Shown here one piece after another: positions 20,552-30,257 of a DNA stretch of 64,000 nucleotides. Under the pieces are notes generated by a model. It was not told the DNA's origin. It made no database searches and worked only from the letters and a program-made list of their open reading frames with translations. The translations under genes were made by a program, and so were the position numbers. How positions within the stretch are numbered: the first letter of the stretch is position 1; each line of letters begins with the position of its first letter. Source of the stretch: Pseudomonadota bacterium (GTDB taxonomy: Bacteria; Pseudomonadota; Alphaproteobacteria; UBA8366); contig JAYZAS010000006.1 of NCBI GenBank assembly GCA_036339585.1, positions 66,972-130,971 on the forward strand, given 5' to 3'.

Positions 20552-22939
20552 CTAAAACCTCGTTCCAAAACTAAAGCGAACGAACTCAGTTTTATCAAAA
20601 TCCTGCTTCACAATGGGATACCCAAAATCAACTCGGAGCGGCCCGAGGGGTGACTTCCAACCAATGCCAAATCCAACCGTAATCCTTGGATCCGCGACGT
20701 CATGAATTAAACGACTATTTTCCTCCGTACCAAATACCGTTCCTATGTCCGAGAAAACCGCACCCGATACTCCAAGCTCATCTGGAAGACCAAGCGGAAA
20801 CCTAAGTTCTGCAGTACTCACTGCACGCGTAAGGCCTCCTAAGGCGTCACCTGTTGATTTGTCTCGTGGACCCACTCCGGACGTATCGAACCCGCGAAAA
20901 CTGTCCCCACCAAGGTCTAATCTGTCAAGAACACGCACGTCTTGGCCGATACCGAAAATATGGCCCACTTCGGCAGAGACACTGCCTATCCATTGTTTTC
21001 CGAAGGGGTAATAATATTGCGCTTTTACTTTCGAAGACAGATTTCGGACGTCTCCTCCTAAACCTGCGAAGCTATTGCTCAAGCGAGCAACAAGACCCTC
21101 TGTTGGCTCATGGCGACTGTCTCGCGTATCGAATGTAAGTGTATGGCCTATTGCAGACCTTAGCTTCTCGCCCTCTTGGGTTTTTATAAATTGCGATGCA
21201 TCAGATTGAATTCCAGTTAGTTCCTGACGCTCAAGCTGATATTTTATACTGTGTGACCACTCTTCAGTTATGCTATAACCCGAACGCAACGTCCCGCCAG
21301 TCCGTTTTTCATCGAATCCACTTTGGTCAGCCCTGTCCCGCGTATTCCGAAAAATATCAGCGCCCGCAGATAACTCCCGGTCTAAAAAATACGGTTCTGT
21401 AAAAGAGAGCTTATAGGTCTGGGAGACTGCAGAAATACGACCGCTTACGCCCAAATCCTGTCCTCGCCCCAGAAGGTTACGTTCACGAAGTGACAATTCT
21501 CCGAGAGGACCATCCGATGTAGAGAAACCAGCGCCAATACTTAATTCTCCAGTAGACTGCTCTTCCACATCTACTTCTATGACGGTTTTATCCTTTGCAG
21601 AGCCCGGCTTTTTATTTACCTTCGTATTCGAGAAATGACCTAAATTACTTATGCGTTGACGTGAACGCCGTAGCTTCGCTGCGTTAAAAGCGTCACCTTC
21701 GACAATCCGCATCTCTCTGCGAATTACACGATCGAGAGTACGGGTATTGCCGCGTATATTAATCCTTTCAACAAATGTTTTCGGCCCCTCTTGCACAGAA
21801 TACGTGATGCTAATTTTGCGATTCTTACTGTCACGATTTACGACAGGGCGCACGTTTATGAAAGCGAATCCACGGTTGCCCACTTCATTAGTGATACTAA
21901 CAACATCTCTTTCAACTTTCTTAGAGTCGTACCAATCTCCCTCTTTCGACTTAATTGAGGTTTTAAGGACCTTTGGATCTACCTCACTAATTTTGGATTC
22001 CGTATCGATAGAACCAAACCTATAACGCGCTCCCTCTTCAATCGTGAAGGTGACAAAAAAGTTAGACCTATCAGGAGCAAGCTCTGCTACCGCAGATATA
22101 ACTCTAAAATCTGCGTAACCATGCTCTAAGTAAAACCTCCTAAGCAACTCCCGATCAAAGGTCAACCGATCCGGATCATACGTGTCTGAACTGGAAAAAA
22201 ATCGATACCATCTTGAAACGCGCGTCATTATAACTTCTTGCAACGCTCCATCGGAAAACTCTTTGTTGCCGATGAATGATATTTGACTAATGCCCGTTTC
22301 AGAACCTTCATTTATTTCAAATACAAGATCAACTCGGTTTTGCTCTAGCTGAATAACCTTTGGTTCAACTACCGCACCGAAGTAACCGCTACGACGGTAT
22401 AGTTTTAACAACCGTTCGACATCCTGTTGGACGCGAGTTCTGGTGAATACCACACGTGGACGGAGCTGAATTTCTACATTCAGCGCGTCGTTTTCAAGTT
22501 TTTTATTGCCTTCAAAGGCAATGCGATTAATAACCGGATTCTCGACCACACGAACTACCAAATTTGGCCCTTCCTTATTTATGGTAACGTCCCGGAAAAG
22601 ACCTGTGCCGTACAATTTCTTTAGCGACCGATTGATAGGGTCGGGCAAAAAAGAGTCCCCAGGCTTTACTAACATATATGACAGGACAGTAGCTGGATCG
22701 ATCCGCCTAGTACCCTCAACAATGATTTCTTTTATTCCAACTTTGGAGGGAACCGGCACGCTTTTGGAAGCGCGGGGAACAGGCTCAGATGAAGGCATTA
22801 CCCCACCTTGCGGATTTGGCGGCACAATTATTGGTGCCACTGTTGATGACCCTACTCCTTGCGCACGCGAAATCTCCGCAAACGCCCCGAGAGTGGCCAC
22901 AACAAATAATGAAGCGCCTAATACTCTAAACACTCGCAA
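20552..22939 (-). CDS. bamA: outer membrane protein assembly factor BamA
   Basis: 795 aa. Signal peptide, Pro-rich linker, POTRA repeats, and a C-terminal beta-barrel ending in RFSFGTRF. Confidence 0.95.
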   Translation of the reverse strand: MRVFRVLGASLFVVATLGAFAEISRAQGVGSSTVAPIIVPPNPQGGVMPSSEPVPRASKSVPVPSKVGIKEIIVEGTRRIDPATVLSYMLVKPGDSFLPDPINRSLKKLYGTGLFRDVTINKEGPNLVVRVVENPVINRIAFEGNKKLENDALNVEIQLRPRVVFTRTRVQQDVERLLKLYRRSGYFGAVVEPKVIQLEQNRVDLVFEINEGSETGISQISFIGNKEFSDGALQEVIMTRVSRWYRFFSSSDTYDPDRLTFDRELLRRFYLEHGYADFRVISAVAELAPDRSNFFVTFTIEEGARYRFGSIDTESKISEVDPKVLKTSIKSKEGDWYDSKKVERDVVSITNEVGNRGFAFINVRPVVNRDSKNRKISITYSVQEGPKTFVERINIRGNTRTLDRVIRREMRIVEGDAFNAAKLRRSRQRISNLGHFSNTKVNKKPGSAKDKTVIEVDVEEQSTGELSIGAGFSTSDGPLGELSLRERNLLGRGQDLGVSGRISAVSQTYKLSFTEPYFLDRELSAGADIFRNTRDRADQSGFDEKRTGGTLRSGYSITEEWSHSIKYQLERQELTGIQSDASQFIKTQEGEKLRSAIGHTLTFDTRDSRHEPTEGLVARLSNSFAGLGGDVRNLSSKVKAQYYYPFGKQWIGSVSAEVGHIFGIGQDVRVLDRLDLGGDSFRGFDTSGVGPRDKSTGDALGGLTRAVSTAELRFPLGLPDELGVSGAVFSDIGTVFGTEENSRLIHDVADPRITVGFGIGWKSPLGPLRVDFGYPIVKQDFDKTEFVRFSFGTRF

Positions 22940-22987
22940 GTCAACCTTCTATAATTTGTTAAGTATTAGGACGTTTTTCTTGTAAAC

Positions 22988-24085
22988 TCAAACATTAAAT
23001 ATAGATTTAATGTCGTTTAAGGTAACAAAAACCATAAAACCAAGTATCAATGCCATACCAATTCTAAAACTATATTCTTGAATGCGCTCATTTATTGGCC
23101 TACGTATAATAGCTTCTACAGCATAAAAAAATAGATGCCCTCCATCCAGCATTGGTATAGGAAATAAATTAATCAACCCTAAGTTTATAGACAGTAAGGC
23201 CATAAACCATACGAAAGCGATAAATCCCGATTTTGCAAAATCACCAGACATTTGGCCGATCCGCACAGGCCCGCCTAGCTCATCGACGCTACGTGTACCC
23301 TGCACCATCTGACCAATAGCTTTAAAGGTACCTAGCGTTAACTGAACGCATTCCCGCAGTGCTTGCCAAACCGCTTTACTTGGGCCATGCCGCACGTACG
23401 ATACACCTTGGCGACTAATCCCGAGCATTCCTATCTTATGGATGTTACCAGACCTGTCTTTCAACTCTGATGCTTCTGGTGTGGCATAAAGTCGGATTTT
23501 TTGACCAGACCGATCAACAAGCAATTGCAACCTTTCGCCTGCTGCTAATCTCACTATTTGTTGCACATCCTCAAAGCGATATATTTTATTACCATTAATT
23601 TCAAGAAACCTATCGCCCACCTTGAGACCGGCAGCCTCAGCTGCGCTCTTGGCCTTTACAGAGCCTACCTCAGCTGGCGTATACGGCTGTCCAACGCTCA
23701 TGAACAAAGCAACCAAAATAACAATTGCAAATAAAAAATTTGCGGCGGGGCCAGCAAACACAATTGCGGCACGTTGGCCCAATGTTTTATGTGAAAACGA
23801 ATATTTTTTTTGCTCATCGGTGAGCGGATTATTAGAATTCCCCCCGCCTGTATGGCCACCCTCACCAAACATTTTAACATAGCCACCCAGCGGAATAATA
23901 CTGAATTTCCAGCGTGTCAGTGTTTTGTCAGTCCAGCCGAACAGCTCTGGCCCGAACCCAACTGAAAAAACCTCGATCCTTACTCCGTTACGTTTTGCCA
24001 CTAAGTAATGGCCAAGCTCGTGAACGAAAACTAGTATCGTGAGAAGTACCAAAAACGGAAGTATATAAGTATAAAGAAATTCCAT
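22988..24085 (-). CDS. rseP: RIP zinc metalloprotease RseP
   Basis: HELGHY zinc motif, PDZ region, and NLFPIPMLDGG motif. The track start 24106 is GTG. ATG 24085 (MEFLYTYILPFL) lies 11 nt after the dxr stop. Confidence 0.9.
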   Translation of the reverse strand: MEFLYTYILPFLVLLTILVFVHELGHYLVAKRNGVRIEVFSVGFGPELFGWTDKTLTRWKFSIIPLGGYVKMFGEGGHTGGGNSNNPLTDEQKKYSFSHKTLGQRAAIVFAGPAANFLFAIVILVALFMSVGQPYTPAEVGSVKAKSAAEAAGLKVGDRFLEINGNKIYRFEDVQQIVRLAAGERLQLLVDRSGQKIRLYATPEASELKDRSGNIHKIGMLGISRQGVSYVRHGPSKAVWQALRECVQLTLGTFKAIGQMVQGTRSVDELGGPVRIGQMSGDFAKSGFIAFVWFMALLSINLGLINLFPIPMLDGGHLFFYAVEAIIRRPINERIQEYSFRIGMALILGFMVFVTLNDIKSIFNV

Positions 24086-24095
24086 CACATTCTCT

Positions 24096-25307
24096 TTACC
24101 TGCCACCTATAGACATAGTGGTCATTATTGCGGTTGCAACCCGTCTGGCCTCACTATCAAGCACATCAACTTCTGACAAGGATTTTGGTCGCCGATGATC
24201 AAAATTGGCAAGCGCATTTTCTACAACAGCAGGAATATCCATGAAACCAATCTCCTTTTGAAGAAAGTGGGCGACGGCGATTTCATTGGCAGCATTCATA
24301 ACAATAGGAGCGCTTCCGCCCTCTTTGAGTACCTCACGAGCAATTCTGAGTGCAGGGAACCTCTCGGGGTCGGGCGCCTCAAATGTTAGGGTCATAAGTT
24401 TCTGCCAGTTAAGACGATCACAAGGTGTCTCAACACGGTCTGGAAAACCAAGGGCGTAAGCTATTGGGGTGCGCATGTCTGGCGTACCAAGCTGGGCAAG
24501 GACCGACCCATCAACATAGGAAACCATACTATGTATGACCGACTGCGGATGGACTACAACATCAATTCGGTCTTCGGGAAGACCAAAAAGATGGAAGGCT
24601 TCGATTACCTCAAGCCCTTTGTTCATCATTGTGGCAGAGTCTACTGATATCTTTGCTCCCATATCCCAATTAGGATGAGCCACAGCTTCTGCTGGGCTAG
24701 CACACCTCATTCTTTTAGTTGTCCAATCACGAAAAGGGCCACCGGAGGCAGTTAATATAAGTTTCTCAATTCCCTTTTTATTCTTGAAATCAAAAACTTG
24801 AAAAATTGCATTATGCTCTGAGTCAACAGGTATGAGGGTAGCTCCATAGCGCTCTATTTCCGCCATCATCAGTTCACCGGCACAGACCAGGCATTCCTTG
24901 TTTGCAAATGCTACCGTCGCTCCGCGTTCGACAGCCGCTAATGTAGGTTTAAGGCCAGCAGCTCCTACTATGGACGCCATTACCCATTCGGCATTTCGTG
25001 CCGCGGCTTCGACAACAGCTTCTGAACCAGAGGCAATCTCAATATTTTCACCCGATAAGTAATCTTTTAATTCGCTATAAACTTCCGGATTTGCAATTGC
25101 CACAAACGATGGTTTTAACTCTTTTGCTTGCGCAGCTAACAATTTCACATTTGATCCTGCGGTTAGGGCTTCAACCTTGTACGCGCAAGAATTTCGTTGA
25201 ATAATATCTACCGTTTGACAGCCTACGGATCCAGTGGAACCTAATATTGTAACTCGCCGTGGCTCAATCGAGTCAACCACCCCTGCTTCTTCTTTTTTCA
25301 CGGCCAT
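24096..25307 (-). CDS. dxr: 1-deoxy-D-xylulose 5-phosphate reductoisomerase
   Basis: 403 aa with ILGSTGSVG, ANKE, PVDSEH and HPNWDMG motifs. Confidence 0.95.
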   Translation of the reverse strand: MAVKKEEAGVVDSIEPRRVTILGSTGSVGCQTVDIIQRNSCAYKVEALTAGSNVKLLAAQAKELKPSFVAIANPEVYSELKDYLSGENIEIASGSEAVVEAAARNAEWVMASIVGAAGLKPTLAAVERGATVAFANKECLVCAGELMMAEIERYGATLIPVDSEHNAIFQVFDFKNKKGIEKLILTASGGPFRDWTTKRMRCASPAEAVAHPNWDMGAKISVDSATMMNKGLEVIEAFHLFGLPEDRIDVVVHPQSVIHSMVSYVDGSVLAQLGTPDMRTPIAYALGFPDRVETPCDRLNWQKLMTLTFEAPDPERFPALRIAREVLKEGGSAPIVMNAANEIAVAHFLQKEIGFMDIPAVVENALANFDHRRPKSLSEVDVLDSEARRVATAIMTTMSIGGR

Positions 25308-26128
25308 AAAAATGGGCTCCTACCTAATATAAAAGTTATTAGCGCTACGATTGGCAGCGCCGTCAAGTACCCATCGAACCGATCCAAGAACCCTCCATGT
25401 CCAGGCAGCAGTGAACTAGAGTCTTTAACATTAAAATATCGTTTCCACGATGATTCTAACAAGTCACCCGCCTGGGATACGAATGCTAGCCCAGCCCCTA
25501 TGGCCAAAAAACTGAAAATTTCTGCATCTCCTAATAGATGAGCTACCACTGTGCTTACAATCCCACCAGCTAGCATTCCCCCGAGAAGGCCGGAGTAGGT
25601 TTTATTGGGGCTAATATTTGGGGCAAGACGCGGCCCACCAATAGTTTTACCAAAAAAGTAACCTCCAACATCCATCGCTGAAACAACCAAAACTAGCCAA
25701 CAAATCGTCTCTAATCCGAATTCAGGCAACTTCCGCAGGTAGATAGCAGCCATCATCGTTGCTACTATTAACGCAGGTCCCGATCCGACTACAAAACCAA
25801 ATCTACCATGCTTCCATGAGGCAACAACCAGACCAGAAAGCAACACACAGCCGATTAATGCAACCTGCAGTTCTGTTGCAAGTATACTGCCAGCTATAAC
25901 AACGCTAAAAGAGGTTATTGTGCTCAAAAATAAGCGTACAAGCTTTTTGAACACACTAACTAAGCAGAACCACTCCCATAACAGCAAAGAAGACAGTAAA
26001 AAGAGGAAGCAATTCAGCACTAATCCGCCGAGCCAGAATGCAAGGCCTGCAATGGCTAACAACATCATTGCTGAGACAGTCCGTCTGAAAAGTTTTTGAG
26101 TTTTAATGACTGTCGATTGTTGCGCCAT
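25298..26128 (-). CDS. cdsA: phosphatidate cytidylyltransferase
   Basis: 276 aa polytopic membrane protein with the C-terminal signature SxxKRxxxxKDSSxLLPGHGGxLDRFD. Confidence 0.85.
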   Translation of the reverse strand: MAQQSTVIKTQKLFRRTVSAMMLLAIAGLAFWLGGLVLNCFLFLLSSLLLWEWFCLVSVFKKLVRLFLSTITSFSVVIAGSILATELQVALIGCVLLSGLVVASWKHGRFGFVVGSGPALIVATMMAAIYLRKLPEFGLETICWLVLVVSAMDVGGYFFGKTIGGPRLAPNISPNKTYSGLLGGMLAGGIVSTVVAHLLGDAEIFSFLAIGAGLAFVSQAGDLLESSWKRYFNVKDSSSLLPGHGGFLDRFDGYLTALPIVALITFILGRSPFLWP

Positions 26129-26840
26129 AACGACGATCTCTGCGGCGATATTCGTCTATAGCTTCCCTAAAGTGTTTCACCTGAAAGTCGGGCCATAAGA
26201 CATCAGAAAATAAAAATTCGGTGTAGGCTAGTTGCCAAATAAGAAAATTGCTTAACCGTTGCTCGCCACTTGTTCGGATCAGTAAATCTGGATCAGGGAT
26301 TCCACCGGTTGTCAGATATTTTGCAAAAAGAGCTTCGTCAATCGCCTCATTTGCAAGTGCCCCATCGGCAACTTGACGTGCTAGCACCCGAGCAGCCGAT
26401 ACTATATCCTGCCGGCCGCCATAACTAAGGGCGAGAATCAGAGTGAGACCAGAATTTTCTTCCATCGTATTCTCAGCATGATCGATAAGCTCAATAATAT
26501 CATTTGTGAGACGCCCTCTATCCCCTATGACTTTCAAACGAACATTATTTTTGTGAAGCTCCGCAGTTTCAGAGCGTAAGTACCAACTCAGGAGCCCCAT
26601 TAAATCATTGATCTCTCGCGGTGATCGATTCCAATTTTCCGATGAAAAACTAAATAGGGTCAAAAACTCAACACCAGTGTCAGAGGCATATTTTACTGCT
26701 TGCCGTGCTGCCTCCACTCCTTTCCGGTGCCCCTCAAGCCGGGGCAAATTACGCGCTTTTGCCCAACGACCATTGCCATCCATTACTATCGCGACGTGCT
26801 TGGGAGTGTTTTTCAATCCTTCATCCATGACTATAGGCAA
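26103..26840 (-). CDS. uppS: di-trans,poly-cis-undecaprenyl-diphosphate synthase
   Basis: HVAIVMDGNGRWA, FSFSSENW, and RTSGEQRLSNFLIWQLAYTE. Confidence 0.93.
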   Translation of the reverse strand: MPIVMDEGLKNTPKHVAIVMDGNGRWAKARNLPRLEGHRKGVEAARQAVKYASDTGVEFLTLFSFSSENWNRSPREINDLMGLLSWYLRSETAELHKNNVRLKVIGDRGRLTNDIIELIDHAENTMEENSGLTLILALSYGGRQDIVSAARVLARQVADGALANEAIDEALFAKYLTTGGIPDPDLLIRTSGEQRLSNFLIWQLAYTEFLFSDVLWPDFQVKHFREAIDEYRRRDRRYGATIDSH

Positions 26841-26843
26841 ATC

Positions 26844-27407
26844 CTAAACTTGCATGATCTCTGCTTCTTTTTGGGCAAGCGCTTCATCTATTTTCTTAAC
26901 GTGCTTATTGGTCATTTCTTGCAGTTCATCAGACAATATGCGCTGATCATCTTGTGACATGGCACCATCCTTTTCTAACTTTTTAAGATCATCCATTCCA
27001 TCACGACGCACATTTCTTACGGCAATACGTGCTTGTTCAGCATACTTGGCAGCAATCTTCTTAATTTCTAAACGCCTCTCCTCACTTAAATCAGGGATGG
27101 CTATACGGATCAATTGTCCTTCAGTTTGCGGGTTAAGGCCGAGATCAGATTCTCTTATACATTTTTCTACGGCACCAACCATACTTTTATCCCACACCTG
27201 AACAGTAAGGAGGCGCGCCTCGGGAATATTAATTGTACCTACCTGATCTATTGGCATTTTACTTCCGTAAGCATCCACTCTGAGGGGTTCAAGCAAAGCC
27301 GTGCTTGCTCGGCCCGTCCTCAAGCCACCGAATTCTCTCCCAAGCGCACTCAGAGCGCCATCCATGCGCCTCCCGAAATCTGCAATATCAAAACCATTGT
27401 CAGCCAT
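26844..27407 (-). CDS. frr: ribosome recycling factor
   Basis: 187 aa with [14 protein letters not shown] and NVRRD motifs. Confidence 0.95.
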   Translation of the reverse strand: MADNGFDIADFGRRMDGALSALGREFGGLRTGRASTALLEPLRVDAYGSKMPIDQVGTINIPEARLLTVQVWDKSMVGAVEKCIRESDLGLNPQTEGQLIRIAIPDLSEERRLEIKKIAAKYAEQARIAVRNVRRDGMDDLKKLEKDGAMSQDDQRILSDELQEMTNKHVKKIDEALAQKEAEIMQV

Positions 27408-27420
27408 AGTTTCCCCTCGC

Positions 27421-28140
27421 TCAAGAAATCAGCGTAAAACGACCATTACCCTTAATAACATTCGCAAACCCATCTTTCTCATTAATTGAAAAAACAATTA
27501 TTGGTATCAAATTCTCCCGCGCTAATGATATTGCAGAAGCGTCCATAACTTTAAGGTCACGCGACAACACATCCATATAACTAAGTGTATCATAACGTTT
27601 TGCATCCGGATCAAGTATAGGGTCAGCCTCGTATACCCCGTCGACCTTAGTAGCTTTGAGCAAAGCGCCGCATTCCATCTCTGAAGCGCGTAATGCAGCA
27701 GCTGTATCAGTGGTGAAGTATGGATTACCGGTGCCGGCTGCAAATATAACAACCCTGCCTTTTTCCATGTGTCGTGCAGCACGTCGACGAACATAAGGCT
27801 CACATACTGCATTCATGGGTATTGCAGATTGCACCCGCGTTTGCACACCATCCAATTCAAGAGCACTTTGAACAGCTAACGCATTCATCACTGTTGCAAG
27901 CATCCCCATGTAATCAGCAGAGGCCCGTTCCATACCTCCTGCGGCCCCAGAAACTCCCCTAAAAATGTTACCGCCGCCTATAACGAGGCAAACTTCTACA
28001 CCAAGGGCGATGACAGATTTTATCTCGGCTGCTACTTGCGAAACCATATCAGTATCAAGGCCAAATTCTCGATCTGCCATAAGCGCTTCGCCTGAAATTT
28101 TTAGAAGCACGCGGTTATATATAGGCTTGTTGCTAGCCAT
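27421..28140 (-). CDS. pyrH: UMP kinase
   Basis: [19 protein letters not shown] and [22 protein letters not shown] 28140 is preferred; the track ORF starts at GTG 28164. Confidence 0.94.
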   Translation of the reverse strand: MASNKPIYNRVLLKISGEALMADREFGLDTDMVSQVAAEIKSVIALGVEVCLVIGGGNIFRGVSGAAGGMERASADYMGMLATVMNALAVQSALELDGVQTRVQSAIPMNAVCEPYVRRRAARHMEKGRVVIFAAGTGNPYFTTDTAAALRASEMECGALLKATKVDGVYEADPILDPDAKRYDTLSYMDVLSRDLKVMDASAISLARENLIPIIVFSINEKDGFANVIKGNGRFTLIS

Positions 28141-28184
28141 TTTGGGAGCAGCTCCTGCGTGCACGTGGTTCAGTTAACCTTGGT

Positions 28185-29114
28185 CTACGCTCCGGCAGTT
28201 GCAGCAACTTCAGCTGCAAAATCACTGGCCTCTTTTACTATTCCCTCGCCCAGACCATAACAGATAAAACCCTTAATCTCTATTTCGGCACCAATATCTT
28301 TTCTTGCGCCTTCAAGCACCTTTGATATCTTGGATTCGTTATCGATCACATAGGTTTGTTCTAATAAGCAAACCTCTTCATAAAATTTTCGCATACGACC
28401 ATCTACCATTTTTTCTATAATTTCCGGTTCCTTGCCGGTATCAGACGCCTGTTCACGCAGGACTTTCCGCTCCCGCTCTCGGTCATCAGCCGACACATCA
28501 TCCTTTGAGATCCATTGTGGTCGTGCGGCCGCTACATGCATGGCGAGCTGTTTCCCTAAAGAGGCGAGTTTTTTTCTATCGCCATTTGACTCCAACGCTA
28601 CCAAAACACCAATCTTGCCAAGCCCTTCCGCCAGCGCACTATGGACATAGGTCGATATAATACCATCAGTGACGCTTAATGTTTCGGCTCTACGCAGTGA
28701 AATATTCTCTCCAATAGTCGCTACTTGGTGGGTGATTTCTTCCTGAACGGTCCTTTGCGTATCGAGATAAACAGCACCGCAAATATCAGAAATATTTCCA
28801 CCGTTACTTAGGCTGATTTCAGTAAGATTACGCACTAAGACCTGAAATTCCTCGTTCCTTGAAACGAAATCTGTTTCGGAATTTACCTCAATTATTGCTC
28901 CTTTTGTGCCCTTTGAAGCGATTCCAACGAGCCCTTCAGACGCAACACGACCCGCTTTTTTGGCAGCAGCGGCCAAACCTTTAGTACGAAGCCAATCTAC
29001 AGCCTCTTCGATATCTGCATTGGTTTCTTTTAGCGCTTTTTTGCAGTCCATCATGCCCGCGCCAGTTTTATCTCTCAACTCTTTGACGAGACCTGCGCTT
29101 ATCGTCGCCATCAT
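28185..29114 (-). CDS. tsf: translation elongation factor Ts
   Basis: 309 aa with LVKELRDKTGAGMMDCKKAL and dimerisation-domain motifs. Confidence 0.95.
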   Translation of the reverse strand: MMATISAGLVKELRDKTGAGMMDCKKALKETNADIEEAVDWLRTKGLAAAAKKAGRVASEGLVGIASKGTKGAIIEVNSETDFVSRNEEFQVLVRNLTEISLSNGGNISDICGAVYLDTQRTVQEEITHQVATIGENISLRRAETLSVTDGIISTYVHSALAEGLGKIGVLVALESNGDRKKLASLGKQLAMHVAAARPQWISKDDVSADDRERERKVLREQASDTGKEPEIIEKMVDGRMRKFYEEVCLLEQTYVIDNESKISKVLEGARKDIGAEIEIKGFICYGLGEGIVKEASDFAAEVAATAGA

Positions 29115-29168
29115 TTTTCCTTCCTAGTATTGCTGACGTTATCCAATTTTAGGCCGATATCTTATTTA

Positions 29169-30101
29169 CTAACCCTGCCCAACCTCAGACGATGACGATT
29201 GATTTTCCTCTTTATCTTCCGATGCGCCCATCGCATCCGATTTCGCATTGTCTGGTTTCACACCCGGTGATTGCTCGGCCACCTCAGTCTCTTGATCCAC
29301 GACTAGTTCTGTTTCGGTTTCATCTTCTTTCCTAAGCTTGGAATCTTTGTTTATCTGGGATTCGCTTTCGACTGCCTCCGGAATTATTTCTTTTTCTGAC
29401 CCAGAACCGATTAATCCGGCTTGTAATCCATCCAGCACTGCATCAGCTAGCAAGTTACAATAGAGAGCAATGGCGCGCATGGCATCATCATTTCCTGGTA
29501 CGGGAGTTGTAATTCCCTCGGGATCTGAGTTGCTGTCAAGTATTGCAATTGTAGGAATAGAGAGCTTTCGAGCCTCTTGGATAGCAATAGATTCTTTGTT
29601 GGTGTCTATAACCACAATAATGTCTGGCAACCCTGCCATTTCCTTAATTCCACCAAGCGCCCTGTCAAGCTTATCGCGTTCACGCTGAAGACCGAGGAGT
29701 TCTTTCTTGGTGAGTCCTACATTCTCTTCTTTCAGCAACTCCTCCAATTGTTTTAAGCGCCGGATGGAATTGGAGATAGTTTTCCAGTTTGTGAGCATTC
29801 CACCTAGCCACCTATGGTTAACAAAATTTTGCGCGCACCGGGTGGCTGCCTCTTTCACAATGTCTGTGGCTTGGCGTTTGGTGCCGACAAAAAGAACCCG
29901 CCCTCTATTCTGTGCGACCTCTCGCACTTGCTCCAGCGCTCGGTGGAGCATCGGAACTGTTTGTTCAAGGTCAATGATGTGAATGCCGTTTCGTTCCCCG
30001 AACAAATACGGTGCCATTCGGGGGTTCCAGCGACGGGTAGTATGACCGAAATGAACGCCTGCTTCCAAAAGCTGACGCATAGTAAACGTTGGCATTGCCA
30101 T
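29169..30101 (-). CDS. rpsB: 30S ribosomal protein S2, with a roughly 60 aa acidic/Ser-rich C-terminal extension
   Basis: [19 protein letters not shown] and WLGGMLTN. The tail after about residue 245 is E/D/S-rich. Confidence 0.95.
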   Translation of the reverse strand: MAMPTFTMRQLLEAGVHFGHTTRRWNPRMAPYLFGERNGIHIIDLEQTVPMLHRALEQVREVAQNRGRVLFVGTKRQATDIVKEAATRCAQNFVNHRWLGGMLTNWKTISNSIRRLKQLEELLKEENVGLTKKELLGLQRERDKLDRALGGIKEMAGLPDIIVVIDTNKESIAIQEARKLSIPTIAILDSNSDPEGITTPVPGNDDAMRAIALYCNLLADAVLDGLQAGLIGSGSEKEIIPEAVESESQINKDSKLRKEDETETELVVDQETEVAEQSPGVKPDNAKSDAMGASEDKEENQSSSSEVGQG

Positions 30102-30257
30102 TGTAATATTCCTTTTCCGGTTCTAACCTTCGCGATCTGTCACCGACGTAAGCCGGCACCGGATTGACCCTTACAATTAAAGGCCATTCTAATCGCGTGT
30201 TTTATGGCGCGTGATGTACCTCCTTCGTGGATGTTTCGCAAGGAAAAAAAACAATGT

